The notes: generated from the sequence alone by a model not told the origin. DNA of 56,529 nt from an uncultured Flavobacteriales bacterium (GCA_938010565.1 CALLUQ010000126.1:1-56529), one strand, 5' to 3'; counted from the first letter of the stretch, positions 46,103-55,609 are shown. Made by a program: numbers and translations.

Positions 46103-47419
46103 TTAAGCCTTAGGCGTTTTTTTTTTCAACTCCGGATTCAATTCCGGAACGAAGAACAAGGACACTAACCCGATAAAGAAGAATACCATAAGGGATAAGA
46201 TGGAGTTTCGCATGTTTCCGGTCAGTTCTTCCAGCAATCCAAAAGAAAGCATTCCGATCACGATCCCTACTTTTTCGAGTACATCATAAAAGCTGAAAAA
46301 GGAAGCATGGTCGTAAGTTTCGGGTAAAAGTTTGGAGTAGGTAGAACGCGACAGGGCTTGTGTTCCTCCCATAATAAGGCCTACAAAAGCAGCAATCAGA
46401 TAAAAGCCTTTCTCATCCGTTATGAAGTAGGCAAAAACGGTACATCCGATCCATAAGGTCATGGCTATTTTCAACACATTGATGTTCCCGATCCGTGCGG
46501 ATAAGGTTGAAAACAAGTAGGAGCCTGCTACCGCCACAAACTGAATGATGATCACACTGATGATCATGGCATCTGTTTTCATGCCTAACGTTTTGGTGGC
46601 AAATAAGGTGGCCATGAGCATTACGGTTTGCACCCCCATGCTGAAAATGAAGAAGGAAAACAGGTAACGTTTCAGGCATTTGTGTTGTTTCAGTACGTTC
46701 CAGACCGATCGCAATTCTTTGAATCCGTTAAAGATCATATTGCCTTTCGGTTTTCGATCGTATACATTGGAGGGCAGCACCCGGTAGGTTACCTGAGCAA
46801 AACCGGCCCACCAAACCATCGTAAGCCCAAAGCTGATTTGAATGGCCGTTGTTTTATCCATCCCAAAAGGTGTAAACATCACCAAAGCAAGGCAGCAGAT
46901 CAACAAAATGGAACTTCCTATGTACCCCATGGAAAACCCTTTGGCGCTCACCCGGTCGTGATCTTTTATTTCGGCAATTTCGGGCAGGTAGGCGTTGTAA
47001 AATACCAAACTCGACCAATACCCCACACACGCCAGAACGACAGGAATGAGGCTGAGGCCAAGGTGGTCTTTATCGAAGAAACCCAGGCAACCCGTTGAAA
47101 GGGCTCCGAGGTAACAAAAAAATTGTAAAAACCGTTTTTTACTGCCGGAGTAATCTGCAATACCGGAAAGAATGGGCGATATAACGGAAACAAGGATGAA
47201 AGCAAAAGCGATGACGTAAGTATAAAGCGAGGTATTGGTAAACTCGAAACCAAAAAGCATGACTTTATCGCTGACTACCCCGTTGATCGTACGAGTGGTT
47301 TGGCTCTCATAAAAAGGCGGAAATATAGCGGTGGATACAACCAACGGATATACGGAGTTGGCCCAATCGTAAAATGCCCAGCCGTTTATTGTTTTTTTAT
47401 TGCCTTTTATAAGAGCCAT
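46103..47419 (-). CDS. MFS transporter, UMF1/Atg22-like family
   Basis: WAFYDWANS, PILSGIADYSG.KK, VFYNAYLP, GGTQALSRS. Confidence 0.9.
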   Translation of the reverse strand: MALIKGNKKTINGWAFYDWANSVYPLVVSTAIFPPFYESQTTRTINGVVSDKVMLFGFEFTNTSLYTYVIAFAFILVSVISPILSGIADYSGSKKRFLQFFCYLGALSTGCLGFFDKDHLGLSLIPVVLACVGYWSSLVFYNAYLPEIAEIKDHDRVSAKGFSMGYIGSSILLICCLALVMFTPFGMDKTTAIQISFGLTMVWWAGFAQVTYRVLPSNVYDRKPKGNMIFNGFKELRSVWNVLKQHKCLKRYLFSFFIFSMGVQTVMLMATLFATKTLGMKTDAMIISVIIIQFVAVAGSYLFSTLSARIGNINVLKIAMTLWIGCTVFAYFITDEKGFYLIAAFVGLIMGGTQALSRSTYSKLLPETYDHASFFSFYDVLEKVGIVIGMLSFGLLEELTGNMRNSILSLMVFFFIGLVSLFFVPELNPELKKKTPKA

Positions 47420-47743
47420 GGGGGTTCAAGGTACGTGTAGGGATGGAAACGGCCAAATGTTTGGTTAAAGTTGCCGGGGCAAACGCCTTTAAACTTTGAG
47501 TAGTTTTTCCGGGTATTGACTATTTCTTTGTTTTTCGGACAGTATTTGAAATTTTCAATAAGCGTGTTAAAATAATTTTCCCGAACAAATACATCTATCG
47601 GTAAATGATTGTAAATGAGATAAAATAGTTTCTTTTTTTTATGTGGTCACGAGCTAAAAGATTGCGCCAGAGGGGGAAGGCGTACTGGACAGGCTTACGC
47701 CCATAAATGAAAAACCCCCTGATTTCTCAGAGGTTTCTATTTC

Positions 47744-48118
47744 TTAATCGACCCAATTAATATGGCTTAAGTCGGGTTTCTTTTTTTCTTCTCCCATATC
47801 TTCAAGGGCTTTATCAGCGAATGATCTAACCTTCTGCCAAGACTCATGACTTTTGAAGGATTCTAAATCCGGTATACTTTCATTTCGCACTGCCATATCC
47901 ATCCAATTAAAGCAACGTACTATTGATGCTATTGCTTTCATGGATAGAAAATCGCCTTCTATCAACTATGGTAGTAGCAAGAACGTATCCCCAAAGGCAG
48001 CTACAACTTCATTTTGGATGTCAACAAAATCAGGCAAATAATCTAACTGATTTTCATACGAACTTGCAAGGAGCCAAAGGCCCTCAACTAACGATTTATA
48101 TTGAAACTTTAAATCTAT
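47744..48118 (-). pseudogene. Immunity-like gene with one in-frame TAG
   Basis: Manual translation IDLKFQYKSLVEGLWLLASSYENQLDYLPDFVDIQNEVVAAFGDTFLLLP*LIEGD.. is in frame with ORF 47744-47965. Stop at 47966-47968; the start reads ATA. Confidence 0.65.
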
Positions 48119-48124
48119 ATCTAT

Positions 48125-48454
48125 CTAATTAAGAAGGATTTTCACTGGCTTTCCTACACCATTGGAAACTTTCCGATATGGTACTCCTCCAAAATGTCTT
48201 GGTGTACCTGGGTGATATAGTATCATTCTACCTGTAAAGTCTGTCCCTGTTTTGTTCATTTCTCTGAAAACCCAACCTTCCGCTCAGGAGCTTCTTCTCA
48301 TCACATCATCAACCCATCTTTTTGAACCGTTAAGAACTCCTCGAACTTGGGCATAACTCTTTCCATTTAACAAAGAAGGATTAGCTAAAACATCATCAAC
48401 ACTTCCAAGGAATTTCCCAACGGGTCTAAGTGCCGTACTTCCTTTAGCGTCATT
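48125..48454 (-). pseudogene. Orphan polymorphic-toxin C-terminal domain with one in-frame TGA
   Basis: Manual translation DAKGSTALRPVGKFLGSVDDVLANPSLLNGKS..RRSS*AEGWVFRE..RMILYHPGTPRHFGGVPYRKVSNG..ILLN*. Stop at 48284-48286; no start codon. Confidence 0.6.
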
Positions 48455-48733
48455 CTATTTCCAATCTACATTTAATATTTCACTTATCCTTGTTTTGAGT
48501 TCTTTCGCATTGTCAAAATGTTCATCAGGAATAGAAGAAAACTCAGGGCTTTCTTCTGTAATTTCGGATATTCCCGCATAATTTTCTGTTAGTTGCACAC
48601 AAAAGAATCGGTTATTCGTTTCTATATCAATCATAGATGCCCCCGAATCAAATTTTTCAATTTCAAACCTGAACCCCTCTAAATGAAGAATTTCTATCAG
48701 TTCAGACTCTATTTTATTTACTACTAATGTCAT
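48455..48733 (-). CDS. Small acidic putative immunity protein
   Basis: 92 aa, acidic, AT-rich; ATGA overlap with the preceding toxin-like ORF. Confidence 0.6.
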   Translation of the reverse strand: MTLVVNKIESELIEILHLEGFRFEIEKFDSGASMIDIETNNRFFCVQLTENYAGISEITEESPEFSSIPDEHFDNAKELKTRISEILNVDWK

Positions 48734-49164
48734 TTCTTTTCAAAAAATAACAGGTCTTTGTTAGGCCCTTTGTTGAGGTATATAGAAAAAGAACCATTAG
48801 GTTGAATTTCTATTCTGTGACCTTTTGTAAACGCCGTCACACTTCCATCTTCATGACGTTTCACAAATGTATCATCCAATATCCCATACATTCTACCATC
48901 ATTTCTATTAGGCATAAGAGCAGCGTTAGGGTTCTTTTTCACACCACTAAAAGCATCTTCAACAAAATCCAGTTGATTATTAATTAGTTGAATGGCCTCA
49001 TTCGGGCTTTCAGGCATGGATGCTTCTTGCAAGCCATTTTTAAACTTCCGGAGTCTTTCTTCTTTACTAAGTACACCAATAACCCCTCCCCAAACAACGC
49101 CCTCCAATGCACCCCATCCTCCTTCTTCCCACGATCGTCCGAAACTTTCCTTTGCAACCCTTCT
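48730..49164 (-). pseudogene. Putative polymorphic-toxin C-terminal domain, out of frame with TssD
   Basis: Frame is open from 49164. VEDAFSGV..DGRMY..TKGHRIEIQPNGSFSI resembles Rhs-type toxin tips. Coupled to a small gene. Confidence 0.5.
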
Positions 49165-49607
49165 TTATGGGCAGTCCTTTCATCCAAAGGCACTCTGCTT
49201 TCCCGCCAGGGTTTTATCCAAGTTACTTCTTTGATCTCCTGCATGGCGGCGGAAATGGTCAGCGTCACTGTCATCGGGGCTTCACCGGTACCATTAAATT
49301 CCTCCTTCCAATACACAAAAGCCGCATCCTTCAACCGGTACTCAAAAAGGACCACTTCATCCGGATCTCCGGCGTAAAATACGATTTTAGCGGTTGTTAA
49401 TGTGCAAAGTTCGCCTTCCGGGCTGTGAGTTAATCCATACAACAACCGATCATCGCCGGCACCGGATACAAAAGTAAGGGTAACAAGGCCTCCCATCGGG
49501 ATGGGGCCGGGCCGGGCTGTTTTAGCAGTTCGTGTTCTGTAGTATTCCAGATCGGTGGATAACAACTCTCGTTTGGTCCCCAAAACGAATAACCGGGATT
49601 TGATCAT
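48984..49607 (-). CDS. tssD: TssD (Bacteroidota T6SS tube/Hcp-like) domain protein with out-of-frame tail
   Basis: RP..IPMGGLVTLTFVS, KIVFY, L.DAAFVYWKEEF..GEAPMTVTLTISA..IKPW matches the TssD pattern over ~137 aa. The remainder reads like frameshifted sequence. Confidence 0.7.
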   Translation of the reverse strand: MIKSRLFVLGTKRELLSTDLEYYRTRTAKTARPGPIPMGGLVTLTFVSGAGDDRLLYGLTHSPEGELCTLTTAKIVFYAGDPDEVVLFEYRLKDAAFVYWKEEFNGTGEAPMTVTLTISAAMQEIKEVTWIKPWRESRVPLDERTAHKEGLQRKVSDDRGKKEDGVHWRALFGEGLLVYLVKKKDSGSLKMACKKHPCLKARMRPFN

Positions 49608-49903
49608 GGTGTGGCCGGTTGACTTTCAGGAGTTTTATGTGAGTGGTTGCTCATAGTTCGGAACAATGCTGCATGATCCGTACATGTAGCACTTATATTC
49701 GTTTCCAGTCAGATGGGGTGTTTTTGCCATGCCGGAACGCAGTTTTAACGGATGATCCGGAATAACAAAAGTGCTTTTATTTTTGATATTGAAGGGAATT
49801 TTGAAGTAAGATCCTATGGTAGAGTGTCATACTTGTTGCTATTATTGATCCGGGACATAGAAAGGATATTTATTGAAAAAGCTCTGCTATTACGAGGTTT
49901 TTA

Positions 49904-51082
49904 TTATGGCAAGTTGTGAAGTTTCTTATTGCCTTGCAAAACAAAATACAATATGCTGACTAGAAGTGTAAAAGAGCAAACATAAAATACGAGTGGTAAT
50001 CGGTTGGTATCGTTGTCATATATCCAGCCGGAAACAAATGCCCCCAACCCGGATCCCATCTGGACCGCCATCAATGTGGTTGAAAGGCCTTTGCCCACAG
50101 CCGTTTTGGGACTCATCTTGACAGTCCAGGCCAAGAGTGCCGGATGACACATACCCAAACCCAACCCTAATACCACGCCACTGGTTAGAAATAAACTTTG
50201 GCTTTGAGTATGGGCAAGCATCAGCATACTTACCAATGCCAAGGTGCTACCGAATATAAAAACGGGCAGATAACCATATTTGTCCGATGTTTTTCCTGCC
50301 AAGACTCGAATAAGCATCGTGCTGATGATAAAAAATAAGAAAAAGATCCCCCGATGAGAAAACTTCAGATGGTCACTCATATCCGGAATAATGGTAAAAA
50401 TCGTGCCGAAACAAAAGGAAGAAAGCATCGTAACCAGCGAAAATTTCAACATTTTCGGCACAAAAAAATCGGTCAACTTCAGGTTAAAGAAGGTTTTCTC
50501 TAATCTCGCGACATTTTTCCGCGGTTCCTTCATCTTGACCAGTAGCAAAATAACCATTGCTGACAAGACACTTGAAATATAAAACATCAAAGTTGTTGAA
50601 ACCTGAGTGGCTATTACCGGCCCCAAGGCAAACCCCAATGTGGTACCCAGGTTGTTGAACAAACCCATAATGCCCATCGACTGCCCTATCTTTGTGTCGG
50701 GTACTATATCTGCTACATACGCCGCGGAGCCCACAGGATAGAATCCCATGGAAAGGCCATGGAGAAAACGAAGAAAGAAAAAACTGCCTACCGTTATGGC
50801 AAGGGGATAAAATATAGCTACCAGCGCACCTATCAATGATGCCGTGATCATAACGGGTATTCGGCCAATATGGTCGGCCAATTTACCGCTCAGGGGTCTG
50901 GACAAGGCAGCCCCCCAAAAAAACAAACTCATAATTAATCCCTTATTCGAATTCTCGCCGATGCGCTCCAGATAAGTAGGCAACTCCGCCACAATCATAT
51001 TGATACTTGTAAAAAACATCATCGAACTCATGCACAGAAGCATCATGGATGGGGTAAACAAAGAAGTCTTTTTATGTATCAT
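49904..51082 (-). CDS. MFS transporter
   Basis: About 12 TM segments; motif A (SGKLADHIGR; AGKTSDKYG); RFLHG. Confidence 0.9.
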   Translation of the reverse strand: MIHKKTSLFTPSMMLLCMSSMMFFTSINMIVAELPTYLERIGENSNKGLIMSLFFWGAALSRPLSGKLADHIGRIPVMITASLIGALVAIFYPLAITVGSFFFLRFLHGLSMGFYPVGSAAYVADIVPDTKIGQSMGIMGLFNNLGTTLGFALGPVIATQVSTTLMFYISSVLSAMVILLLVKMKEPRKNVARLEKTFFNLKLTDFFVPKMLKFSLVTMLSSFCFGTIFTIIPDMSDHLKFSHRGIFFLFFIISTMLIRVLAGKTSDKYGYLPVFIFGSTLALVSMLMLAHTQSQSLFLTSGVVLGLGLGMCHPALLAWTVKMSPKTAVGKGLSTTLMAVQMGSGLGAFVSGWIYDNDTNRLPLVFYVCSFTLLVSILYFVLQGNKKLHNLP

Positions 51083-51257
51083 CTGTCCGTCAAGGAAGGG
51101 TTATCTAAACAGGGGTTGCGAAATAATGTCAAATTTCCTAAGATATTGCATCCGGATTGTCGGCATTCGGGAAGCATTCGACAGGAGATTGATTTTTGTT
51201 TTATACAGGGAGAGTCATTTTCCAGCCTTTTGCCGATCACCAGGGATTGGACCACTA

Positions 51258-52109
51258 TCACCGTTGTGCTGCCTGAGCGATCAATTCATGCTCACGCCTG
51301 TATGCTGCAAAAGATCGCTTTGAAAAAAGCATGATGATGCTTAGGGTCCATCGAACAGGCAATATCCTAAAGAATATGAAGAGAAACTTATAGCCAATCC
51401 CGGGCACAAATATCGGTTGCTTCCCGAGTCTTTTTAAGGTGCCTTTGATAACTGTTCTCATAGATAGCTGATAAAAAAACATTTTTTTGTAATTGATAAC
51501 CTCCCGCTGGGCCAATGTTGTGGACATATCGGTTTTCACCAATCCTGGTAGTACCGTAATAACGTTGATCCCTAGTGCCTTGCCTTCGTTGTACAAGGAG
51601 CAACCAAGACTGGTCAAAAATGATTTTGTCGCTGAGTATAGGGAAAAATAGGGGACCGGAGAGCCACTAGCCATCGACGAAACCAAAATTAAATTTTTCC
51701 GGCTATGAGAAGTTTTTCTTATCATAATATGCTTGATGAGAGATACCGCACTCACGTTGTTGAGCATGATCATGGGAATATGAAAATCTACAGCACTGAA
51801 GAAACTGCCCTGATCATAAGTACCGGCACTAAGCACCAAATATGTGATGTCAAACTTATCTGATTCCGATATCGTCTTGCGGATGCCCTCCTCCGTCGAT
51901 AGATCTGCCTGAATGTATTCGACAAATACTCCTTCCCGGGTGCTTATCTCAGTTGCTTTTGCTTTGAGTAAATCCAGCCTTCTGGAGACCAGTAGAATAT
52001 TCAAGCCTGTTTGCGCAAGTTCACATGCAAATGCATAGCCTATTCCGCTGGCTCCCCCGGTAACCAGAGCCCACCGACCTGGCTTGGTTGTGTTTTCGTT
52101 CTTAGGCAT
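51258..52109 (-). CDS. Short-chain dehydrogenase/reductase (classical SDR)
   Basis: WALVTGGASGIG, VSRR (NADP-type basic site), VSS, YSATK, PGLVKT. Confidence 0.92.
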   Translation of the reverse strand: MPKNENTTKPGRWALVTGGASGIGYAFACELAQTGLNILLVSRRLDLLKAKATEISTREGVFVEYIQADLSTEEGIRKTISESDKFDITYLVLSAGTYDQGSFFSAVDFHIPMIMLNNVSAVSLIKHIMIRKTSHSRKNLILVSSMASGSPVPYFSLYSATKSFLTSLGCSLYNEGKALGINVITVLPGLVKTDMSTTLAQREVINYKKMFFYQLSMRTVIKGTLKRLGKQPIFVPGIGYKFLFIFFRILPVRWTLSIIMLFSKRSFAAYRREHELIAQAAQR

Positions 52110-52114
52110 AGGGA

Positions 52115-53311
52115 TCAAGATAAAAACCGATGAACATAAGACTGGAAAGTTTGGGAAATGGCCTTCTCATCCATATCGAATTGAGATAGACTATAATGGT
52201 TTTTGCCATGTTTATGCTGTTTATTGTGGTGGATATAGTTCGCTATCACTTCATTTTGCACAGGCTGCAACCCAAAGTGATGGTGAATTTTCTGAACCAA
52301 TTTTTTGGGGTCCTGTAGCAGTTTCCGGTAGTCTGCATGGAAGACCTGCTTGCCCTGCTTCGATCTGGAAAAATCCACAGAACGGCTGGCATAAGTGCTG
52401 ACCTTCAAAAGGTTGTGGTCAACAGACTTACGCCAGTCCAGATTTTGGGTAGCCATTGCATGTAAAGACAGGATAAGTTTCGTTTCGCTGGCTACGATTT
52501 GTGTCGGGTCTCGATGGGTCTGTACAATAAGTGCTTCTGGCAGTGCGGATACCAATGAAGGCAAATACGCCATATGGTGAGGGCATTTGAGTACTAAATA
52601 TTGGTTTGGCCTCTGGCGCTGGTGCAAAATGAGGACCTTCCTGTAGAGGGCATAAGTTTCACTTAGATCCTGTTCCAGTAACCATTGCAAATATTGGTAG
52701 GTGGGTGCTGTCGCCCAATACAACATGGAATGTGCCGCCAGTCTCATCCCAAAAGTACACTCATCAGGCAGTGTGGGTCGAATGCGATGCATACTGTCCA
52801 TGCCGTAGCGTTTACCTGCCCACTGCCAGGGCTTGAAATTTGCCTGCACATGCCATTTTCGAAAATAAACCCTGCTCATTTTCAGAGGCCAGATATGTTG
52901 GTATAGCGGGATCCCAAAAGCATCTGGCGGTGCGGATAGCATACGGTGCAAATAGGTAGTACCACTGCGCGGCAACCCCGTGACCACCAAAAAGGGGTTG
53001 ATTTTGGTATTTTGCAGGTCGGGGTTTTGTTTGAATTGCTCCTCGATTTGCAGCAAAGTGGATAGTCCGCTGCTCAACAGGTACCAAACATTCTTTTTGC
53101 CAAACCAATGTAGGCGGGCTTCATCGGTATAGGAGCGACACAATACCTCCAGCGCCTGCTCCACATGAGCGGGAAAGTTGGGAGGTAGATTTGCCATGCG
53201 AGCCGATGCCTTCATAATATGTTCGGGCATCAGCTTTACCTTAGAGAGCGTATGCCGCAAAAATGGAGGTAAAGGTTTGACCTCAAACCCTGTTTCAGTA
53301 CTGTTGCTCAT
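52115..53311 (-). CDS. PAPS-dependent sulfotransferase (Sulfotransfer_3-like)
   Basis: 5'-PSB loop VTGLPRSGTTYLHRML, LKCPHH, 3'-PB QTHRDP..S, and C-terminal HGKNHYSL. Confidence 0.88.
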   Translation of the reverse strand: MSNSTETGFEVKPLPPFLRHTLSKVKLMPEHIMKASARMANLPPNFPAHVEQALEVLCRSYTDEARLHWFGKKNVWYLLSSGLSTLLQIEEQFKQNPDLQNTKINPFLVVTGLPRSGTTYLHRMLSAPPDAFGIPLYQHIWPLKMSRVYFRKWHVQANFKPWQWAGKRYGMDSMHRIRPTLPDECTFGMRLAAHSMLYWATAPTYQYLQWLLEQDLSETYALYRKVLILHQRQRPNQYLVLKCPHHMAYLPSLVSALPEALIVQTHRDPTQIVASETKLILSLHAMATQNLDWRKSVDHNLLKVSTYASRSVDFSRSKQGKQVFHADYRKLLQDPKKLVQKIHHHFGLQPVQNEVIANYIHHNKQHKHGKNHYSLSQFDMDEKAISQTFQSYVHRFLS

Positions 53312-53981
53312 GATCTATGGTATGATGTTTTAGGATATCAAATATCTGTGTGCCGTGGTCCATCGATTGCTCCCGGATCGGGATGGGGTCTTCAATGGCC
53401 GCATGGAGAAATGATGAAATAGCACCCTCCTCTCCTATAATGATCTCTCCAACACCTCGCTCATGCTCGTTGAGTACGCCGGTTATGTCAATATCTACTC
53501 GATATACATGCTGGTTATCCGTAGAAAAAGCCTGGTAATGGCGAGATGCGGAAGCATCATCATCTTGCATGACGGTCATTTCAAAGAGTTTGCTGTCTTG
53601 GTCGGATACGCAAACTGTTTTCGTCGATTGTTCGGTGTGGAAATCTATTTCCAACATGCTGTCATGGCTGGGGAAAAGCCATTTTTCGGTAGCATGACGC
53701 CGGGATATTTCGGTATCTGTGCCCAGAAAAAAAGGAAAAAGGGCAAAGTGGGGCATCCTTGAGTTTGCCGGTGCCCAGGGCGACACTAAAATGGAGATGA
53801 CCGCCTCATGATATGCTCCAACCATACTTTCACTGAAATCGAAGGCGGTGACGGCAACTACGCCAAGGCCCGGATGAGCCTCCAGAGGGGTCAATTCTTT
53901 CGGTAATTTTTGCCTGATGACTTCGAGGTCAGCCAGAAAAAAAGCACCTACGGCTTCTTTGAATGTATAATAGGTATTCAT
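53295..53981 (-). CDS. Acetoacetate-decarboxylase-like fold protein
   Basis: LPKELTPLE..G.GVVAVTAFDF..S.VGAYHE..ISI matches the ADC-superfamily N-terminal pattern. Confidence 0.65.
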   Translation of the reverse strand: MNTYYTFKEAVGAFFLADLEVIRQKLPKELTPLEAHPGLGVVAVTAFDFSESMVGAYHEAVISILVSPWAPANSRMPHFALFPFFLGTDTEISRRHATEKWLFPSHDSMLEIDFHTEQSTKTVCVSDQDSKLFEMTVMQDDDASASRHYQAFSTDNQHVYRVDIDITGVLNEHERGVGEIIIGEEGAISSFLHAAIEDPIPIREQSMDHGTQIFDILKHHTIDHEQQY

Positions 53982-55232
53982 TTAAATGATTTTATGTTTT
54001 CGCAACACGTCAGCAATGAGGGCCGCAGCGCGATTTAGTTCTGATGGCTCGTGAGCAGCCGAAATGGCAATTCGAAGCCGCGGTTCATTTAAGTTTACTG
54101 CCGGGTATATCACCGGATTCAGATAGACACCTGCCTGGAGCAGATCTTTTGTGATGTCGAAGATGTTGTCCTTTTTTTTCACAATCACGGGGATTATTTG
54201 TGTGGTCGAAGTACCCATATTGACCCCAGACTCTAGTAGGGCCTGGCGCATAATTGCTACATTGTTCCACAATTTTTCTCGTAGTTCCGGTTCTTTTTTC
54301 ACGATGCGCAACGCGGCAATTAACCCTCCGGCCACAACCGGACTCATCGCGCATGAAAACAATTGTGCACGGGCATAGGCAAATAAGTACTCGGTAAGTT
54401 TTTTCGAAGCCACGACATATCCTCCCATACCACCCAGGCTTTTGGACATGGTACCTAAGCGAATATCGATGGCGTCTTCCACTCCAAATTTTTCAGCGAC
54501 CCCTCGGCCATGCTCACCACAGACAAACGCAGAATGAGCTTCATCTACCATGAGTCGTGCGCCATATCGTTGGCACAACTCAACCACTTCCGGTATAGGC
54601 GCCATGTCGCCATCCATGGAGTAAACACCTTCTACAATGACCAACTTCCGCCCATGCGTTTTCGATAAATATAACTCCAGGCTATTCATGTCATTGTGAC
54701 GAAACAACTTCACGTTGGCACGAGCCATGATACAGCCATCAATGATGCTGGCGTGCGCATATCTGTCGATAATGACGGTGTCATTTTTACCTACAAGGGC
54801 AGAGATGGTGCCCACATTGGCACTGTATCCGGAAGGAAATAAAAGAACAGACTCTGCTTGTTTGAATGCTGCCAACTCTGTTTTCAGCATCTCATGAATA
54901 TCCAAAGAACCACTGAGCAAGGGTGATCCGGAAGCCCCCAGCCCGTAGTATTCTACTGCGCTGACTGCTGCCTGAATTACTTCGGGTCGATAAGAGAGGC
55001 CGAGGTAGTTGTAGGAAGCCAGATTGATCATGGGAGACGTAGTGTATCCGTTGATCTCTATGCGGGTTGAGGGGGAGGTATTGGCATAATCAAGGTATAA
55101 TTGATACCCTTGTTTCTTGGATACTTCGAGCCAGGCGTAGTAGTGATGCACGATGTCGAATAAATCATCGCCCGTGTTGTTTACAAAATGACTCAAATTA
55201 TAATCACCGTGATTTTTGGTGAATGCGTTCAT
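53982..55232 (-). CDS. PLP-dependent alpha-oxoamine synthase (SPT/BioF/KBL family)
   Basis: SYNYLGL, SGYSAN, HASIIDG, FRHND, EGVYSMDGD, DEAH and GTMSKSLG (PLP lysine). Confidence 0.92.
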   Translation of the reverse strand: MNAFTKNHGDYNLSHFVNNTGDDLFDIVHHYYAWLEVSKKQGYQLYLDYANTSPSTRIEINGYTTSPMINLASYNYLGLSYRPEVIQAAVSAVEYYGLGASGSPLLSGSLDIHEMLKTELAAFKQAESVLLFPSGYSANVGTISALVGKNDTVIIDRYAHASIIDGCIMARANVKLFRHNDMNSLELYLSKTHGRKLVIVEGVYSMDGDMAPIPEVVELCQRYGARLMVDEAHSAFVCGEHGRGVAEKFGVEDAIDIRLGTMSKSLGGMGGYVVASKKLTEYLFAYARAQLFSCAMSPVVAGGLIAALRIVKKEPELREKLWNNVAIMRQALLESGVNMGTSTTQIIPVIVKKKDNIFDITKDLLQAGVYLNPVIYPAVNLNEPRLRIAISAAHEPSELNRAAALIADVLRKHKII

Positions 55233-55327
55233 AGAAATGTATGTTAAAAAAGTAGATTTATCTTCTATGGGTACTGATCACCTCTCCAATGATGGCATTG
55301 CATCGGGTGAGGGGTTCGGAAATGCCC

Positions 55328-55609
55328 TTAACCAGTTCGTTTTCCTCGGCTACGTCCAGGGTTTTGAATAAGCCCTTCAGTGCCAGGGTCAGCACTGTCC
55401 GGGCTTCGGCATTGGTTAGGAACATGCCGCACCTGTTCCTCTATGCACGAACCCAATGCCGCTTCAAAGTAAATTTGCTCCCCTTTCAACTCTTGAAGCC
55501 ACTCGGTGACATTTACCACAGCTTGGTAGTTGATGGATTGGAGGGCTTGGACCCAAATGGCACTCACCACGAACAGTGTTAGGCATAGGGTTAGAATATT
55601 TGTTTTCAT
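55328..55609 (-). pseudogene. 5' remnant of a secreted protein
   Basis: Signal peptide followed by QSINYQAVV, a common N-terminus of Bacteroidota secreted proteins; the sequence then degenerates. Confidence 0.4.

Noticed and set aside
47679-47740. Possible tRNA 3' remnant or att site at the island edge
   Set aside because: No T-loop (GTTCGA) and no second copy in the window; only a hairpin or terminator-like sequence.
47744-48454. Stop-codon recoding to explain the in-frame TGA and TAG
   Set aside because: TGA and TAG end normal genes elsewhere in the window, and the lesions fit C-to-T decay.
53982-55232. Calling the synthase bioF or spt
   Set aside because: The motifs are shared across the family and no bio genes are nearby. 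Substrate cannot be read from the sequence by eye.
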